Assembly: GCF_001194135.2 (NCBI RefSeq)
Contig: NC_068986.1
Coordinates: 25,144,654-25,182,812 of the forward strand
Source of the DNA: Octopus bimaculoides
Taxonomy: Eukaryota
Length of the DNA stretch: 38,159 nt
Reading direction: 5' to 3'
Numbering within the stretch: position 1 is the first letter of the stretch; the number at the start of each line of letters is the position of its first letter. Position numbers and translations under genes: made by a program. This document shows positions 21,839-33,403 of the stretch, piece by piece. The notes beneath the pieces were generated by a model. It made no database searches. It saw nothing but the letters and a program-made list of their open reading frames with translations, and was not told where the DNA came from.

Positions 21839-21896
21839 CTAGGAAAAAAGAAAAGAAAATTAAGTAGTATTAATATGGTGTTATAATCATAAGGGC

Positions 21897-22046
21897 ATTG
21901 GTGTTAGGAAGGGCATCCAGCTGTAGAAACTCTGCCAAATCAGATTGGAGCCTGGTGTAGCCATCTGGTTCACCAGTCCTCAGTCAAATCGTCCAACCCA
22001 TGCTAGCATGGAAAGCAGACGTTAAACGATGATGATGATGATGATG
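21897..22046 (+). mobile_element. RTE 3' tail copy in the last LZTFL1 intron
   Basis: TTGGTGTTAGGAAGGGCATCCAGCTGTAGAAAC...GTTAAACGATGATGATG. Confidence 0.9.
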
Positions 22047-22104
22047 AAAAATTAAAAGCTGATAACTCATTGGGCTCTACCTGAAGACTTCAGTTTGAGG
22101 TGGG

Positions 22105-22240
22105 TACAGGTATGGCTGTGTAATTAAGAAATTTGTAAACTTTGTGGCACATTGACCGAATGCTTTCTATCACAGCTTCTGTTTCATTGATTGGAATTTG
22201 GTAGACAAAACCTAGGTAAAAAACCTATCACAAACGTATG
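22105..22240 (+). mobile_element. Decayed SINE family B 5' fragment
   Basis: GGTATGGCTGTGTAATTAAGAAATT...GGAATTTGGTAGACAAAAC. Confidence 0.55.
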
Positions 22241-22426
22241 TGTGTGCATGCGTACATACACACACGTCAGCATTGTCATCACCACCACCATCTAATGGAG
22301 CCTCTTTCCTTGGTTATTTTAAGCCTGGAAACAAATCTGGTAATGGAGAAATATCACTTTGCTTGAAAAGGGACATCTGATAACCACCTGATCCTTGCAT
22401 GCATAAGAAAGTAGATGTTTAAATAG

Positions 22427-22457
<31 letters not shown>

Positions 22458-22529
22458 AGTGAACCTTATTTTTTCGTAAAGCAATTACAAGGATCTGTTT
22501 CTAACTCTTTCTTGTCTTGCTACAGATAA

Positions 22530-22712
22530 TGGTTTCAAATTCTAGCACAAGATCAGCAATTTTTTTTTTTTTTTGGTGGGGAGTCAATTACATCAACCCC
22601 AGTGCTCAACTGGTACTTATTTTATCAAGCACAAAAGGATGAAAAACAAAGTCAACCAGGGAAGAATTTGAACTCGAAATGCTACTAACGATTCTGCCAG
22701 CTTACCGCTTTT
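22530..22712 (-). mobile_element. SINE family A
   Basis: AGTCAATTACATCAACCCCAGTGCTCAACTGGTAC...GAATTTGAACTC...CTGCCAGCTTACCGC. Confidence 0.8.
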
Positions 22713-22749
22713 ATCTTGCCACAGATATTAATACATATAAACATATATA

Positions 22750-22905
22750 CACTCTCTGAGTGGTTGGCGTTAGGAAGAGCATCCAGCTGTAGAAACTCTG
22801 CCAAATTTAGATTGGAGCCTGGTGTTGCCATCCGGTTTCACCAGTCCTCAGTCAAGTCGTCCAACCCATGCTAGCATGGAAAGCGGACGTTAAACGATGA
22901 TGATA
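22750..22905 (+). mobile_element. RTE 3' tail copy
   Basis: Conserved tail ending TTAAACGATGATGAT. Confidence 0.9.
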
Positions 22906-23424
22906 ATATAAAAGCTTCCAAATTTCGACTTGGAGATCTAAAATGTAATGCTTTTACAATTTGTTTAGATTATATAGCAAGGGAGCATCTTTAAAAATAT
23001 TTACATTTACCCTACCTTTCAAGTAGCTTGCTTGTTGATCAGAATTAGATGTCTTATTTCTCTTTATGCGTTTATACGTAGTAACCAGACCGAATTGAAA
23101 TAGAAACATTCGTTTCTAAACCACATAGCATAATGGATAAGAGAGTTACTGCCCTTAGTTAAGACAAAGGTTGAATTACTGATGTACAGAATAAACAGAT
23201 TGAAATAAAGGGTACATGAAACAATTGAGGCTCAGTCCATGCCAGTATGAAAAGCAGATACGATGATGCTGATGGTGATGGTGCAGATAATGATGTTGAT
23301 TGGGGTGGTGGTGATGTTTTTTTTTAACGACAAACTCATCTAAGACGTTTATTCAAAAGCTTAATACAATTAATTCAGATTTCCTCCTCATCATCATCAT
23401 TTGATTCCAGGTAGTGACCTGAAT

Positions 23425-23620
23425 AATAATAATAATAATAACAACATCGAAAAGATACCTTAGGAACGAGAACCCGGGTTCGAAATTTCCCCAAGACACC
23501 TCATGAAGGCTAGAGGGTATATCAGTCAAAACGTTGTGTTTAACAACAAACAAGATGAGGACAAATATCCGTCGAATGTAAATAATGTACAGAATTCCTC
23601 ATCTCTTAAATATAGAATTG
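23425..23620 (+). mobile_element. Penelope-like terminal-repeat-type element with a degenerate hammerhead motif
   Basis: Starts in (AAT)n. Contains ACAC-CTCATGA-A-GGCTA..CAGTC-AAAA-CGTT-GTGT (23496-23539), the layout of a minimal type I hammerhead with two core substitutions. Confidence 0.5.
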
Positions 23621-24119
23621 TAATTACACCAAGTTCCAATGCATTATAATAATAACAATGAAATTATTGTGTATAGTGCTCATGTACAGTACATGGAATT
23701 ATGTACAAAAGTCAGCTTTGGCATAGCTTCTTAGGAATGGCATTCAGCTATAGAATTCATGCCAAAGCAGACATAGAATGTGTATGTGTATGTGTGAGTG
23801 AGTGTGTCTGTAAGTGAAAGAGAGTTCACATGTGTATGTAGAATACGTGTGCATGTATGAAAATGAATGTTGACAGTCTAGAGTTTCACTTGTCACCATC
23901 TGAGCAAAGCAGTGATATGTGTTGATATTCCTTGTTGATATAACAATCAGTCCCACTACATTTTCGAAGACAAGGGGAAAAAATTCTTTATTTGAAAGAT
24001 AAGTAAAAGTTGGCAACAAGAAGGGTATCCTGTTGCAAAATGTTGTCACAAATAGTCCTGTTCAAACCATGCTTGCAAGGGGAAATGGATGTTAAAGAAT
24101 AAAATAGCTTTATTCTTAC

Positions 24120-24223
24120 TTTGATAATCTTTGCCTCAATTCTTTTATTTGCTCGTTTTTCTTCTGTAGCATTGATTTGAGATTTTTGAAAGGTGCTGTC
24201 TGGGATACCTTCTTCTCCATTTC
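24120..24223 (-). CDS. LZTFL1: LZTFL1 exon: EMEKKVSQTAPFKNLKSMLQKKNEQIKELRQRLS(K)
   Basis: CTACAG acceptor, GTAAGA donor, 104 nt, phase 0 to 2. Aligns with human ELEKKFQQTAAYRNMKEILTKKNDQIKDLRKRLA. Confidence 0.93.
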
Positions 24224-24589
24224 CTGTAGACAGAATGGCAGTTGAAAAAAAAGTAAAACGCAAAGCAAAATTAATGAAAATTGAATTTATTGATAATAAC
24301 AGCATTAGTGTTAACATATTTGTAACCAAGCTGAATGAGATTAACCTTGGTTCTATAATACAAGCTTTTTAATTTTAAAATGATTCAAATTAATTCCTTC
24401 CATCAAAATTTCATGTTTGGAGTTCACTTTGTAACCAGATGGTAGTTTTATCTTACTGCATGGCACTTTCAGCATGTTTTCTATTGTAGCCTTGAGCCAA
24501 CCGATGCCTTGTGAGTGGACTGGGCAGGTGGAAAGTGTATGGAAACTTGCTGTGCATGTGTGTATGTTTGCATGTGTTATAATGATTTT

Positions 24590-24795
24590 GAATTTTGGCA
24601 CAAGGCCAGTAGTTTCAGGGAGCAGGTAAGTTAATTACATCAATCTCAGTGGTCAACTGGTACTTATTTTATCAACCCTGAAAGGATGAAAAGTAAAGTC
24701 GACCTCCTTGAAATCTGAACTCAGAACATAAAGATTGACAAAATGCCAAAAAGCATTTTGCCCGGTGTGCTAATAATTCTACCAGCTGCCACCTA
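24590..24795 (-). mobile_element. SINE family A
   Basis: Central GAAAGGATGAAAAGTAAAGTCGACC and a reverse head ending CCAGCTGCCACC. Confidence 0.8.
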
Positions 24796-25265
24796 ATGTG
24801 TTATATTGAAAACACAACAATGTCCTAATTTGATCTTTCTTTATTACAGCTTTTTCAAATCTGCATATCAAAACTTTATTGTTCATTTGAAACAATAAAG
24901 TACCTATATTCATATTTATCACCATTTCCAGACTATCTCGGCCTCATCTTAAGGATTTGGAGTGCTTTCAACTTCTTTATTATCTTTTTTATAGAAGGTG
25001 GCTTATGTTCATACAGACCCGCTCCCTAGAATTTGTCCATCAGAGCATTAGGCTTTACTGCATCAGATTCACATTAGTGATGTATGTATGTTGTATGTTA
25101 ATTGTAGCCTTATGTTGTGATATTAGTATTGCTTTCATAATCAATTGTCTATTTCTGTGGTGTATCCTATAAAGAATTTTCTGTTAATATTTTCTTATTT
25201 AGCCTTGTTCTATGGTGTACACTATAATGCTTCTATTAAGGCAGAATACTATTTTCTTTGTAAAA

Positions 25266-25330
<65 letters not shown>

Positions 25331-25670
25331 TCTTATTTAAAACAGTTTGATTGGGTTCTCTGCAACTTAAAGTTTCACTGGCCCCTTACAGGAGTCTATC
25401 TCTTTCAGGCTTTGGATTGCTGAATGGAGAGATACAGGAAGTCCAAGATGGCTACCAGAAGGTAAGCTGCAATTGGTCAAGGCAGGTCACATGGTGTTGT
25501 GAAAGAATATTGTCAAAGAATATCAGATGCTTAATGAGCAACAGCAGTTCCATTAGAAAGGGGAATTTCTTTGACACCCGTGGCTGGACAGGAGGCAGTA
25601 TCTACATATGATGTATATATGAAACAAGGTAAATAATGACAAATTCTTTTAGTACAAGGCAATTGTTTAC

Positions 25671-25772
25671 CTTTTCAGCTAACTCCAACATTTCATTTAC
25701 TTTCAGCAGTTCCTGTTTGGTAACAGAAAGATCAGATTCAACAGCCAGCAATTTCGGTTGTGTGTTTTGGTT
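25671..25772 (-). CDS. LZTFL1: LZTFL1 exon: NQNTQPKLLAVESDLSVTKQELLKVNEMLELAEK
   Basis: TTTTCAG acceptor, AAG|GTAAAC donor, 102 nt, phase 0. Aligns with human SLEENLATAKHDLLRVQEQLHMAEK. Confidence 0.9.
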
Positions 25773-25927
25773 CTGAAAATTTTAAGAAATGAAAACTTTT
25801 ATTCAAATGCTTCCTGCGACATTTTTCATTCCCAGCAACCACATGTTTTTTTTTTGTTTTGTTTTGTTTTTAACATGTATAGTGAATTTATTTGCTTTGA
25901 ATAGTGAAATTCATAGATTTATACATA

Positions 25928-26323
25928 CCGTAAATCCTCGAGTATAATCCGCATTTTTTCCCCAAAATTTAAAGGTCAAAATCCCTAGTGCGTACTATAT
26001 ACAAGGTTAAAAATGTGATGTCAGGCGCAAAAATACCTTAAGCTATATTTATTTTTCACTGACGTTATTACTATTATTTCTTTATTTTCTGTAAACAAAG
26101 TGCACAAAAAAGCTACACATTTACATTATGTTATATATACAATAATAATAAAGGACGTTACCATATATATGTTTACAAACCAAGGACGTTATATAGATCT
26201 CCTTGACTCAAGTTAGAGAAGGGGTGCGTATTATACACAAGGTTTAGGCTTTTCAGAGGAACAGCCCCCTAAAAATCCCCTGCGTATTATACTCAAGGGT
26301 GGACTATACTCGAAGATTTACGG
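25928..26323. mobile_element. Tc1/mariner-superfamily (pogo/Tc2-like) MITE
   Basis: TIRs CCGTAAATCCTCGAGTATAATCC and GGACTATACTCGAAGATTTACGG, flanked by TA at 25926-27 and 26324-25. Internal TGCGTATTATAC repeats. Confidence 0.85.
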
Positions 26324-26784
26324 TAGTTTTAAAAAGATACTATTCAGTACCATTTAAAAATCATTTAAATAAAATAATTCTAAGTGAAATCACATGGATT
26401 TATTCATGCAAAATAAATATTTATATCATCATCAATTTTACATTGGCTCTTTCATTCATGCGGCATGAGTTGGAAATGTCAGCAACTGGCATAAGTGGCA
26501 GAAGCAGCATGGTGGTGGATGTGGTGGTGGTGGTGATGCCACTGCCAATACACTGATGCTAACGCCAACAATGACAATGTATTTCTGTCATTTCTTTCAG
26601 TACAGAAGACTCAGAAACTGGTAAAATTACCGAAGTGTCAAGTTCCCTTTGAACAGAATAAGCCTTGAAACAAATGCACATATAAAATAGCTTTCATTTT
26701 AATGAAATTCCACTCATCTCCATTTAGCTGCACGTTCATTTCTTTTACCTTCAATTATAAATCTGACATTTAAGTTACACAACT

Positions 26785-27008
26785 TTCCACTTTTTAGCAT
26801 TTAAATGGACCGTATCCAGTCTAAATCTTCAACCTGTTTTATGTTGAAACTGGCCAGATCCAGCCTCTCACACATAACCAACAGTGTAATTCTAAAAATA
26901 AACAAATACACCATCAGACTTGAAGGTATGAGATAATGCATGAATAATCAAAATAATGAATAAATAAGCATTGTGTTTGACAGAGTAATCTGAATGTTAA
27001 ATGGTTAA
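26785..27008. mobile_element. Probable piggyBac-type MITE remnant
   Basis: Ends GAATGTTAAATGGTTAA; the degenerate left end TTTTAGCATTT fits a TTAACCCTTTAGCATT-type TIR. Confidence 0.45.
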
Positions 27009-27044
27009 AATTCTTCAAATTGTCTTGTGTGAAAACAACTTTCA

Positions 27045-27445
27045 TCATCATCATCATCGTTTAACGTCCGCTTTCCATGCTAGCATGGGTTGGACGATTT
27101 GACTGAGGACTGGTGAAACCGGATGGCAACACCAGGCTCCAATCTAATTTGGCAGAATTTCTACAGCTGGATGCCCTTCCTAACGCCAACCACTCAGAGA
27201 GTGTAGTGGGTGCTTTTACGCGTCACCCGCACGAAAACGGCCACGCTCGAAATGGTGTCTTTTATGTGCCACCCGCACAAGAGCCAGTCCAGGGGCACTG
27301 GCAACGATCTCGCTCGAAAACCCTACAAAGGCCAGTCAGGCGGTACTGGCAACGGTCACGCTCAAGATGGTACATCTTATGTGCCACCCGCACAAGAGCC
27401 AGTCCGGGGGCACTGGCAACGATCTCACTTGGCTTGCCGGGTCTT
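27045..27445 (-). mobile_element. RTE 3' tail copy
   Basis: Conserved tail plus UTR units. Confidence 0.9.
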
Positions 27446-27926
27446 CTCATATTTATTCTCAAAGGGGTAAGCTATGTATATACACACATATATTGTAAAC
27501 TATGAATATATACACTTATGCTATAAACTGTGTATGCATAAAAATTCCAAAACTGTTAAAAAAAAAAAGAACTATAAAAAATTATTCAGAGTGGTACTCA
27601 GTCAGACAGCCAGAATACTTCACTGTGGAATGGCAAGCAATTAAATTTCTTTCTTTTGTCACACAACTATTCAGCTAATCAGTCATTGAAATAATTGTTC
27701 CTGGTTTTGTTAATTATTTTAATTAAAGCAATAAAGTATTACGGAGTCCAATGTAGGTGATTCTTAAGGTTTCAGAGGTGGTTTTGCAATCAAATATTGG
27801 CAATGAATCTCACAATGCACCTTCAATACATTCAGTACAGACATTTTTAAGTGTACAGTGGATCCATTGTTCAATATGGCAGTCCACCATTATAAGAGCT
27901 CCACAAGTTGCAGATATCATTTAGAA

Positions 27927-28201
27927 CAGGGGTTTTCAAACTGTGGTCCGCAAGGAAAAGACAGGGGGTCCGTGGACAGCAAATACTTTTTATGGGCAAT
28001 TTGATTTTATATGTGTCTTTTAACCGAAATCTTTTAATTGACAATAAACTTATTTGTTAAATACTGTTAAATAAATAAATGTAAAAATGTTATTTTAAGC
28101 AAATATTTATGTATAAATTTCATAAGCGTTTATAAGGGGGTCCCTAAGGTAAAGCTTGAAATACAAAGGGGTCCACAAGTCAAAAAGTTTGAAAACCCCT
28201 G
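27927..28201. mobile_element. hAT (Charlie-like) MITE
   Basis: 16-bp TIRs CAGGGGTTTTCAAACT and AGTTTGAAAACCCCTG with a perfect 8-bp TSD ATTTAGAA (27919-26 and 28202-09). Confidence 0.95.
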
Positions 28202-28666
28202 ATTTAGAAAATTCTTCCACAACAAGAAATATAAACACTCCTTTAGTATCTGTTACCAAAGGTCTGGCAAATAATGATAATAATAATAATAATAATAGCT
28301 GTCATTGTTATGATCATTTTAAAGTTCACTTTTTCATGCTCACATGACTTGGATAGAAATCAGTGAAGCAGATTTTCTATAGTCTGATGCCCTTCCTGTT
28401 GCCAACTTCACCTGTTTCCAAGAAAGGTAATATTTCTCCATATCCAGAAATATATGCATGGAAGATTATACATGAAAACAAAGGCAGTGCATTTTGATAG
28501 AAATTTTGTAAGAAAAAGGGTTAAATCAAGTTCCCTTTGAACAGAATAAGCCTTGTATTTACTTGAGCTCAATTACAACTCATCCCACTATCAAGGAGTC
28601 CCACACAAGCTACTATTTAAATCTGCTCTCTACAACATCGAATTGCATAATAACAAAAATACAAAC

Positions 28667-28738
28667 CATCTGGAGTTCAGTCTTCAAATCAGTCATTTGT
28701 TTTTCCAGGTCTTGAATGACTTCATCATTATCTGGTTT
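28667..28738 (-). CDS. LZTFL1: LZTFL1 exon: KPDNDEVIQDLEKQMTDLKTELQM
   Basis: T9-CAAG acceptor, ATG|GTTTGT donor, 72 nt, phase 0. Coiled-coil segment aligning with human DLSNLENTVAALKSEFQK. Confidence 0.82.
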
Positions 28739-29074
28739 CTTGAAAAAAAATTTTTTAATCTTTATTTTAAAATGTGAATAATGAAATTTAAATTGTTGCA
28801 CCAGAACAAAATTACCAATTAACAGATAATAATCAGGTATCTTAAGACAATTTGAAAAATGAAAAATGTACTAGAATCTTTATCCCCTTCAAGCTTTAGC
28901 ATAACAACTGTGGGTGTTAGGTGCTTCCTACATAAATGATGTATAGTGAAGTGGGTTATTTGCTTTGCAACCTCTTCCATACTTTTCCTCCAGGATTCAT
29001 AGCAATAACTAAACTTTGTTTAAATGATATAACATACAACATTTTGGTATTGCTATGTCGCAAGGAGATAGTTA

Positions 29075-29420
29075 ATTAGTTAGTTTAGTTAGTTCTCTTT
29101 GTGCCACGAAGTACAAGCAGCTGCAACACAATCTCTCCCACCAGATCTGTTTTTTGCCACTGTTCTGGTCTCATCTCCTTCCCTTATCAATGGTCCTTCA
29201 CCATGTGGTTTTAGGATACCCTGCTGCACTTTTCCCCTCAAGCTTCGACTTTAGTGCCACCATGCAATGCTTTTCTTGATTTTGTATGAGAACATGTCTA
29301 ATCCAACTCCAACATCTGCATCTTATTTCGTCACAGAGCCTGTTGATGCACATTGTCCTTTCAACTGTGTCATTTCGCACTCTTTGCAGCCAGTATTCTC
29401 CTTAAGCATGTGAATTGGAA
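29075..29420 (-). mobile_element. Second RTE-clade LINE 3' fragment
   Basis: Minus strand ...EIRCRCWSWIRHVL...ALKSKLEGKSAAGYPKTTW, a decayed form of RRW-W-GH-L...EG-R--GRP-TTW, followed by a (TAAC)-like tail near 29075-29095. Confidence 0.7.
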
Positions 29421-29630
29421 GCTTCCCATTGTTTTTTTTACTTCCTTTTTTGTCATACGAAAATAATTGGTGTATTATTTATGATGTATCATCAGTAAAA
29501 CGAAAGCACCAAATGGCAGTTTCAATGAGAGAGTCCTAAACCAGAGAAAAGATAACACATTCATTCTGGTCCAAAGCTAGCTACATAGAAGAGATTTTAT
29601 AAAAAATGAAAATAGTGAAATGAAACTCAC

Positions 29631-29723
29631 CTGATGTTGCCAATTAGGAATATTTTTTAATTGTTTCTCGCTTAAGATGAGCCTCTCAGATAATTTTTCT
29701 TTCTGATTCAGAACATCAATTGC
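29631..29723 (-). CDS. LZTFL1: LZTFL1 exon: AIDVLNQKEKLSERLILSEKQLKNIPNWQHQ
   Basis: TTTGCAG acceptor, CAG|GTGAGT donor, 93 nt, phase 0. Aligns with human ATNALDEKSKLEKAL. Confidence 0.87.
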
Positions 29724-29839
29724 CTGCAAATGTTATCAAAAACAAATCGAACTTTATTGGCATGAATTTATGATGGTGAAATATAGAAATATAAGCAGAA
29801 GACGTTTTCTGTTGGTGTAAAGTAATAAATTGAATATTC

Positions 29840-30230
29840 TTTGATCTGTTCCAGTCATTTCACTGTGGCCATGCTGGAACACCACCTTGAGAGATTTTAG
29901 TTGAACAAATTGACCCCAGGACTTTTCTTTAAGCCTAGTGCTTATTCTATTGGTCCCTTTTGCTGAATCGCTAGGTTACAGAGATGTAGCCACGCCAACA
30001 CTAGTTGTCAAGCAGTGATGGGGAAACAAATACAGACACAAAATACACACACACACACATATATATATGACAGGCTTCTTTCAGCTTCTATCTACCAAAC
30101 CTACTCACAAGGCCTTGGTCAGCCTGAGGCTATAGAAGATGACACTTGCCCAAGGTGTCATGCAGTGGAACTGAACCCCAAACAATGTGGTTGGGATGCA
30201 AGCTTCTTACCAAACAGCCACGCCAGCACC
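29840..30230 (-). mobile_element. SINE family B, near full length
   Basis: Reverse complement of the 16907-17290 type, including the internal (AC)/(AT) repeat. Confidence 0.85.
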
Positions 30231-30574
30231 TATGTTGTTTTTTTTAAGGTTTTATCCTAAACAACGCTTAGGACTACTGTAATGTAGCTACAAAGAAGGA
30301 AAAGAAGGGTCCTACGAATTCAAAAGATGTTGATTCACAAAAAGATTAAAAGGACTGAATATCATTGACCAAAGGAAAATACAAGACGATGGCAGTGAGT
30401 TCCGTAGAAAGAAGCCATTAGAATAAATTGACTTATGACTAACAGGAACAGAATGTCACAGCTTGAGTGAAATAGACTATTGGGATATAAATTACTTAGA
30501 GAACCCATACACATGAAAAATAATAGTCGAGTTAATGACACCACATTTAATATAGCTATGCATTAAAAAGTTGA

Positions 30575-30775
30575 TCTGGTGCCATGTACAAAGCAACCAG
30601 CACACTGTGAAGTGGTTGGTGTTAAGAAGGGCATCCAGCTGTAGAAACCATGCCAAAGCTGAGAGTGGAGTGTGGTGCAGTCCTCTGGCTTGTCAGTTCC
30701 AGTCAACCCATCCAACCCATGCCAGCATGGAAAATGGACATTAAATGATGACGATGATGATGATGACAACAATGA
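30575..30775 (+). mobile_element. RTE 3' tail copy, older
   Basis: GGTTGGTGTTAAGAAGGGCATCCAGCTGTAGAAACC...TAAATGATGACGATG. Confidence 0.8.
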
Positions 30776-31019
30776 TGATAATGATGATGGTTTAAATGAA
30801 ATACAGGCACCTGTACATTAGTTTAAATTAGTGTGGGCTACAAGAGGTTCCAGACGACCATGTCCAAAAACTTGTGGTTGTACCTGTAATTATTTTTAGT
30901 TGAGAAAACCAATATTAATCTCAAACTTAATGAACATAGCAGGGTTTGTTACCACAGACTTCTGTTCAGAGGTTAACACATCAGGCTCACAACCACAGAA
31001 CTAAAAGCGGATCTTGTTC

Positions 31020-31570
31020 AAAACGGGGGCACCAGTATTTTCTTAACGAAACACTTTGAAACTTGGGACACTGGTAGAATGTGTCATATAAAACATCTTT
31101 TTCTCTTAGTCTTCTTAACAAAAAAACGTACATCACAAGTTATTTCATGTTAAAGTTGTCGTATTTCTGTAATTTCAACCAATGACTGACGTCCATTCAG
31201 CCGTAAAAATTAACTGCTGACTACGTAAACAAACGATTCTCGGCGGTGATAAAATTATTATTTCCTTGTCAAAAAATGGCTGAAGCATATTGGCAGTAGC
31301 TAATGAACCTTTCTATTATAGGCACAAGGCATGGTTTTTGAGGGAAGGAGCAAGTCGGTTAGGGTTAGGGAAAACGAACACACGTGTGTTGCCTCTGCAA
31401 AATGTCAGAAGTAATGGAGATTAAATACGCTTTACACCGCTTAGGAGTAACTGTAAACAGCTGAATACTTGTCAGTGATTGGTTGAAATTATCGAAATAA
31501 GACAATTTTTTACATGAAATAAATCCGAATACAAAAATTTTTTTCTGTTCTATAACACAAAAAATTTGTC
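31020..31570. mobile_element. Degenerate DNA transposon with sub-terminal inverted repeats
   Basis: TTATTTCATGTTAAAGTTGTCGTATTTCTGTAATTTCAACCAATGACTGAC (about 31140-31190) is inverted at GTCAGTGATTGGTTGAAATTATCGAAATAAGACAATTTTTTACATGAAATAA (about 31471-31522). A SINE-A tail fragment is nested at about 31305-31350. Confidence 0.55.
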
Positions 31571-31614
31571 AGACATTTAAGAAACAAACAAACAAAAAAA
31601 ACCCAGCTATTTAC

Positions 31615-31680
31615 CTGACCTTCAAGGCGTGACAGTTTTTGTTTGAGTCGAGCATTTTCTTCTTCTAATTCAGTAATACG
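31615..31680 (-). CDS. LZTFL1: LZTFL1 exon: RITELEEENARLKQKLSRLEGQ
   Basis: TTTTCAG acceptor, CAG|GTAAAT donor, 66 nt, phase 0. Aligns with human EILRLQEENEKLKSRLKTIEIQ. Confidence 0.92.
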
Positions 31681-31909
31681 CTGAAAATATATGAATTAAA
31701 TACTGAGTTATCAATGAAATATCAGTGACTGAATTCTAGAATACTGACTGGGTAATAATGATCATATGTTTTGTTAGTGTATTCTCTTTGCAATCAAATT
31801 TAATATAAAATCACAAAATATGTATAAGCGATTAAATAAACAGCAGAATACACTGCACAAATGTTTGAGAAAAATCAACCATCAAATTGCACATAATAAT
31901 ACTTTCTGA

Positions 31910-32108
31910 CTTTGGCACAAAGCAACAGCTTTGAGCGAAAGGGGTTGGCCCCAGTACTTGACTGGTATTTATTTTATCGACCTCCAAAGGATGAAAGGCA
32001 GGCAAAGTTGACATCGGTGGGATTTGAACTCAGAATGTAAAGTGGCAGAAGAAATACTGCTCAACATTTTTCCTAATGCACTAATGGTTCTTCTACCAGC
32101 TCACCACC
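31910..32108 (-). mobile_element. SINE family A
   Basis: TTGGCACAAAGC...TTTATCGACCTCCAAAGGATGAAAGG...GATTTGAACTCAGAA...CCAGCTCACCACC. Confidence 0.8.
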
Positions 32109-32292
32109 TAAGAGTTGACTAATAATAATATAACTGATAAAGATATGGGAAGTTTTGGTACAGCTGTTGTAGCGCTGTCTTATCTGGCACCACTGATACA
32201 ATGCCGACATATTTGACATCAGAAGTTTTAAAGTTTTACTTGTTTAATGTTTCTCTCTCCCTCTCTGTTTGTGTGTGTGAGCATATTCCTCT

Positions 32293-32500
32293 ATCATCAT
32301 CATTTAGCATCTGCTTTCCATGTTGGCATGAGTTAGACGGTTTCACTGAAAGTGGTACATTGTCGGGCTACACCAGGTTCCAATCTGATTGGCATGGTTT
32401 CTATGGTTGGATGCCCTTCGTAATGCCAACCCCTCCAAGAGTATAATGGGTGCTTTTGACATGCCAGTTACATGACACTGTCATCAGCCATGACTATGAT
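32293..32500 (-). mobile_element. RTE 3' tail copy, variant
   Basis: CATCATTTAGCATCTGCTTTCCATG...GGATGCCCTTCGTAATGCCAACC. Confidence 0.8.
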
Positions 32501-32562
32501 CTTTATGTGTATAAAGAGAGGAAAAATGTTTATGTCAGCTGTGTTCAATAACTCGTAATGTC

Positions 32563-32790
32563 TCTTATTTCTTTATTGCCCACAAGAAGCTAAACATAGA
32601 GGGGACAAACAAGGACAGACAAAGGGATTAAGTCGATTACATCAACCCCAGTGCATAACTAGTACTTAATTTATTGACCTTGAAAGGATGAAAGCAAAGT
32701 CGACCTCAACGGAATTTGAACTCAGAATGTAACGGCAGACGAAATACCGCTAAGCATTTCGCCCGGCATGCTAATGTTTCTGCCAGCTTG
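32563..32790 (-). mobile_element. SINE family A, full length
   Basis: Nearly identical to 15376-15606. Confidence 0.9.
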
Positions 32791-33014
32791 CTCCTTTAAC
32801 TTGTAATGTCTCTCTCCCCTCTTTCTTATTCTTCTTATCTGCATGCATGTGTTTGGGTATGTGCATTTGCCTCCAGTGCCAAAAAGTACAATCACCAAAA
32901 CAGGTTGATTGTCAAGGCAGTCATGTCAGATCATTAACATCCAAACAGTGGCAACTAATCGTCTCATTCTGAACTTATCAATATCAAATATGTTTGATTA
33001 ATTTAATTTCATAA

Positions 33015-33220
33015 TGGTTTCAATTTTTGGCACAAGACCAGCAATTTTGGGGGAGAGGGCTAGTCAATTATTGACCCCAGTGCTCAACTGAAACTTATTT
33101 CACCAACCCTGAAAGAATGAAAGGCAAAGTTGACCTTTGTGGGATTTGAATTCTGAAAGTAAAGACAGACGAAATGCCACCAAGCATTTTGCCTGATGTG
33201 CTAACAATTCTGCCAGCTCT
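33015..33220 (-). mobile_element. SINE family A
   Basis: TTGGCACAAGACCAGCAATTTTGGGG...GAAAGAATGAAAGGCAAAGTTGACC...CTGCCAGCTC. Confidence 0.8.
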
Positions 33221-33403
33221 AATAATTCCAAGTCTTTTATCAATACAGATATTAATATATTGTGATAGGATCCCATATTATTAACATCATTGTCATTATA
33301 TAGCTACAGTCAGCATAATGTTTGATATTCCGGAAGGAATAAATATGTACAAATGTCTACAAACAATTTTGTTTCATCATTTAATTTAAATAAATACACA
33401 TAC

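Noticed and set aside
23988-24329. 113-aa minus-strand ORF
   Set aside because: Overlaps the real LZTFL1 exon at 24120-24223 in a different frame.
31346-31355. Interstitial telomeric repeat GGTTAGGGTTAGGG
   Set aside because: Only two units; expected by chance or from decay of the SINE fragment.
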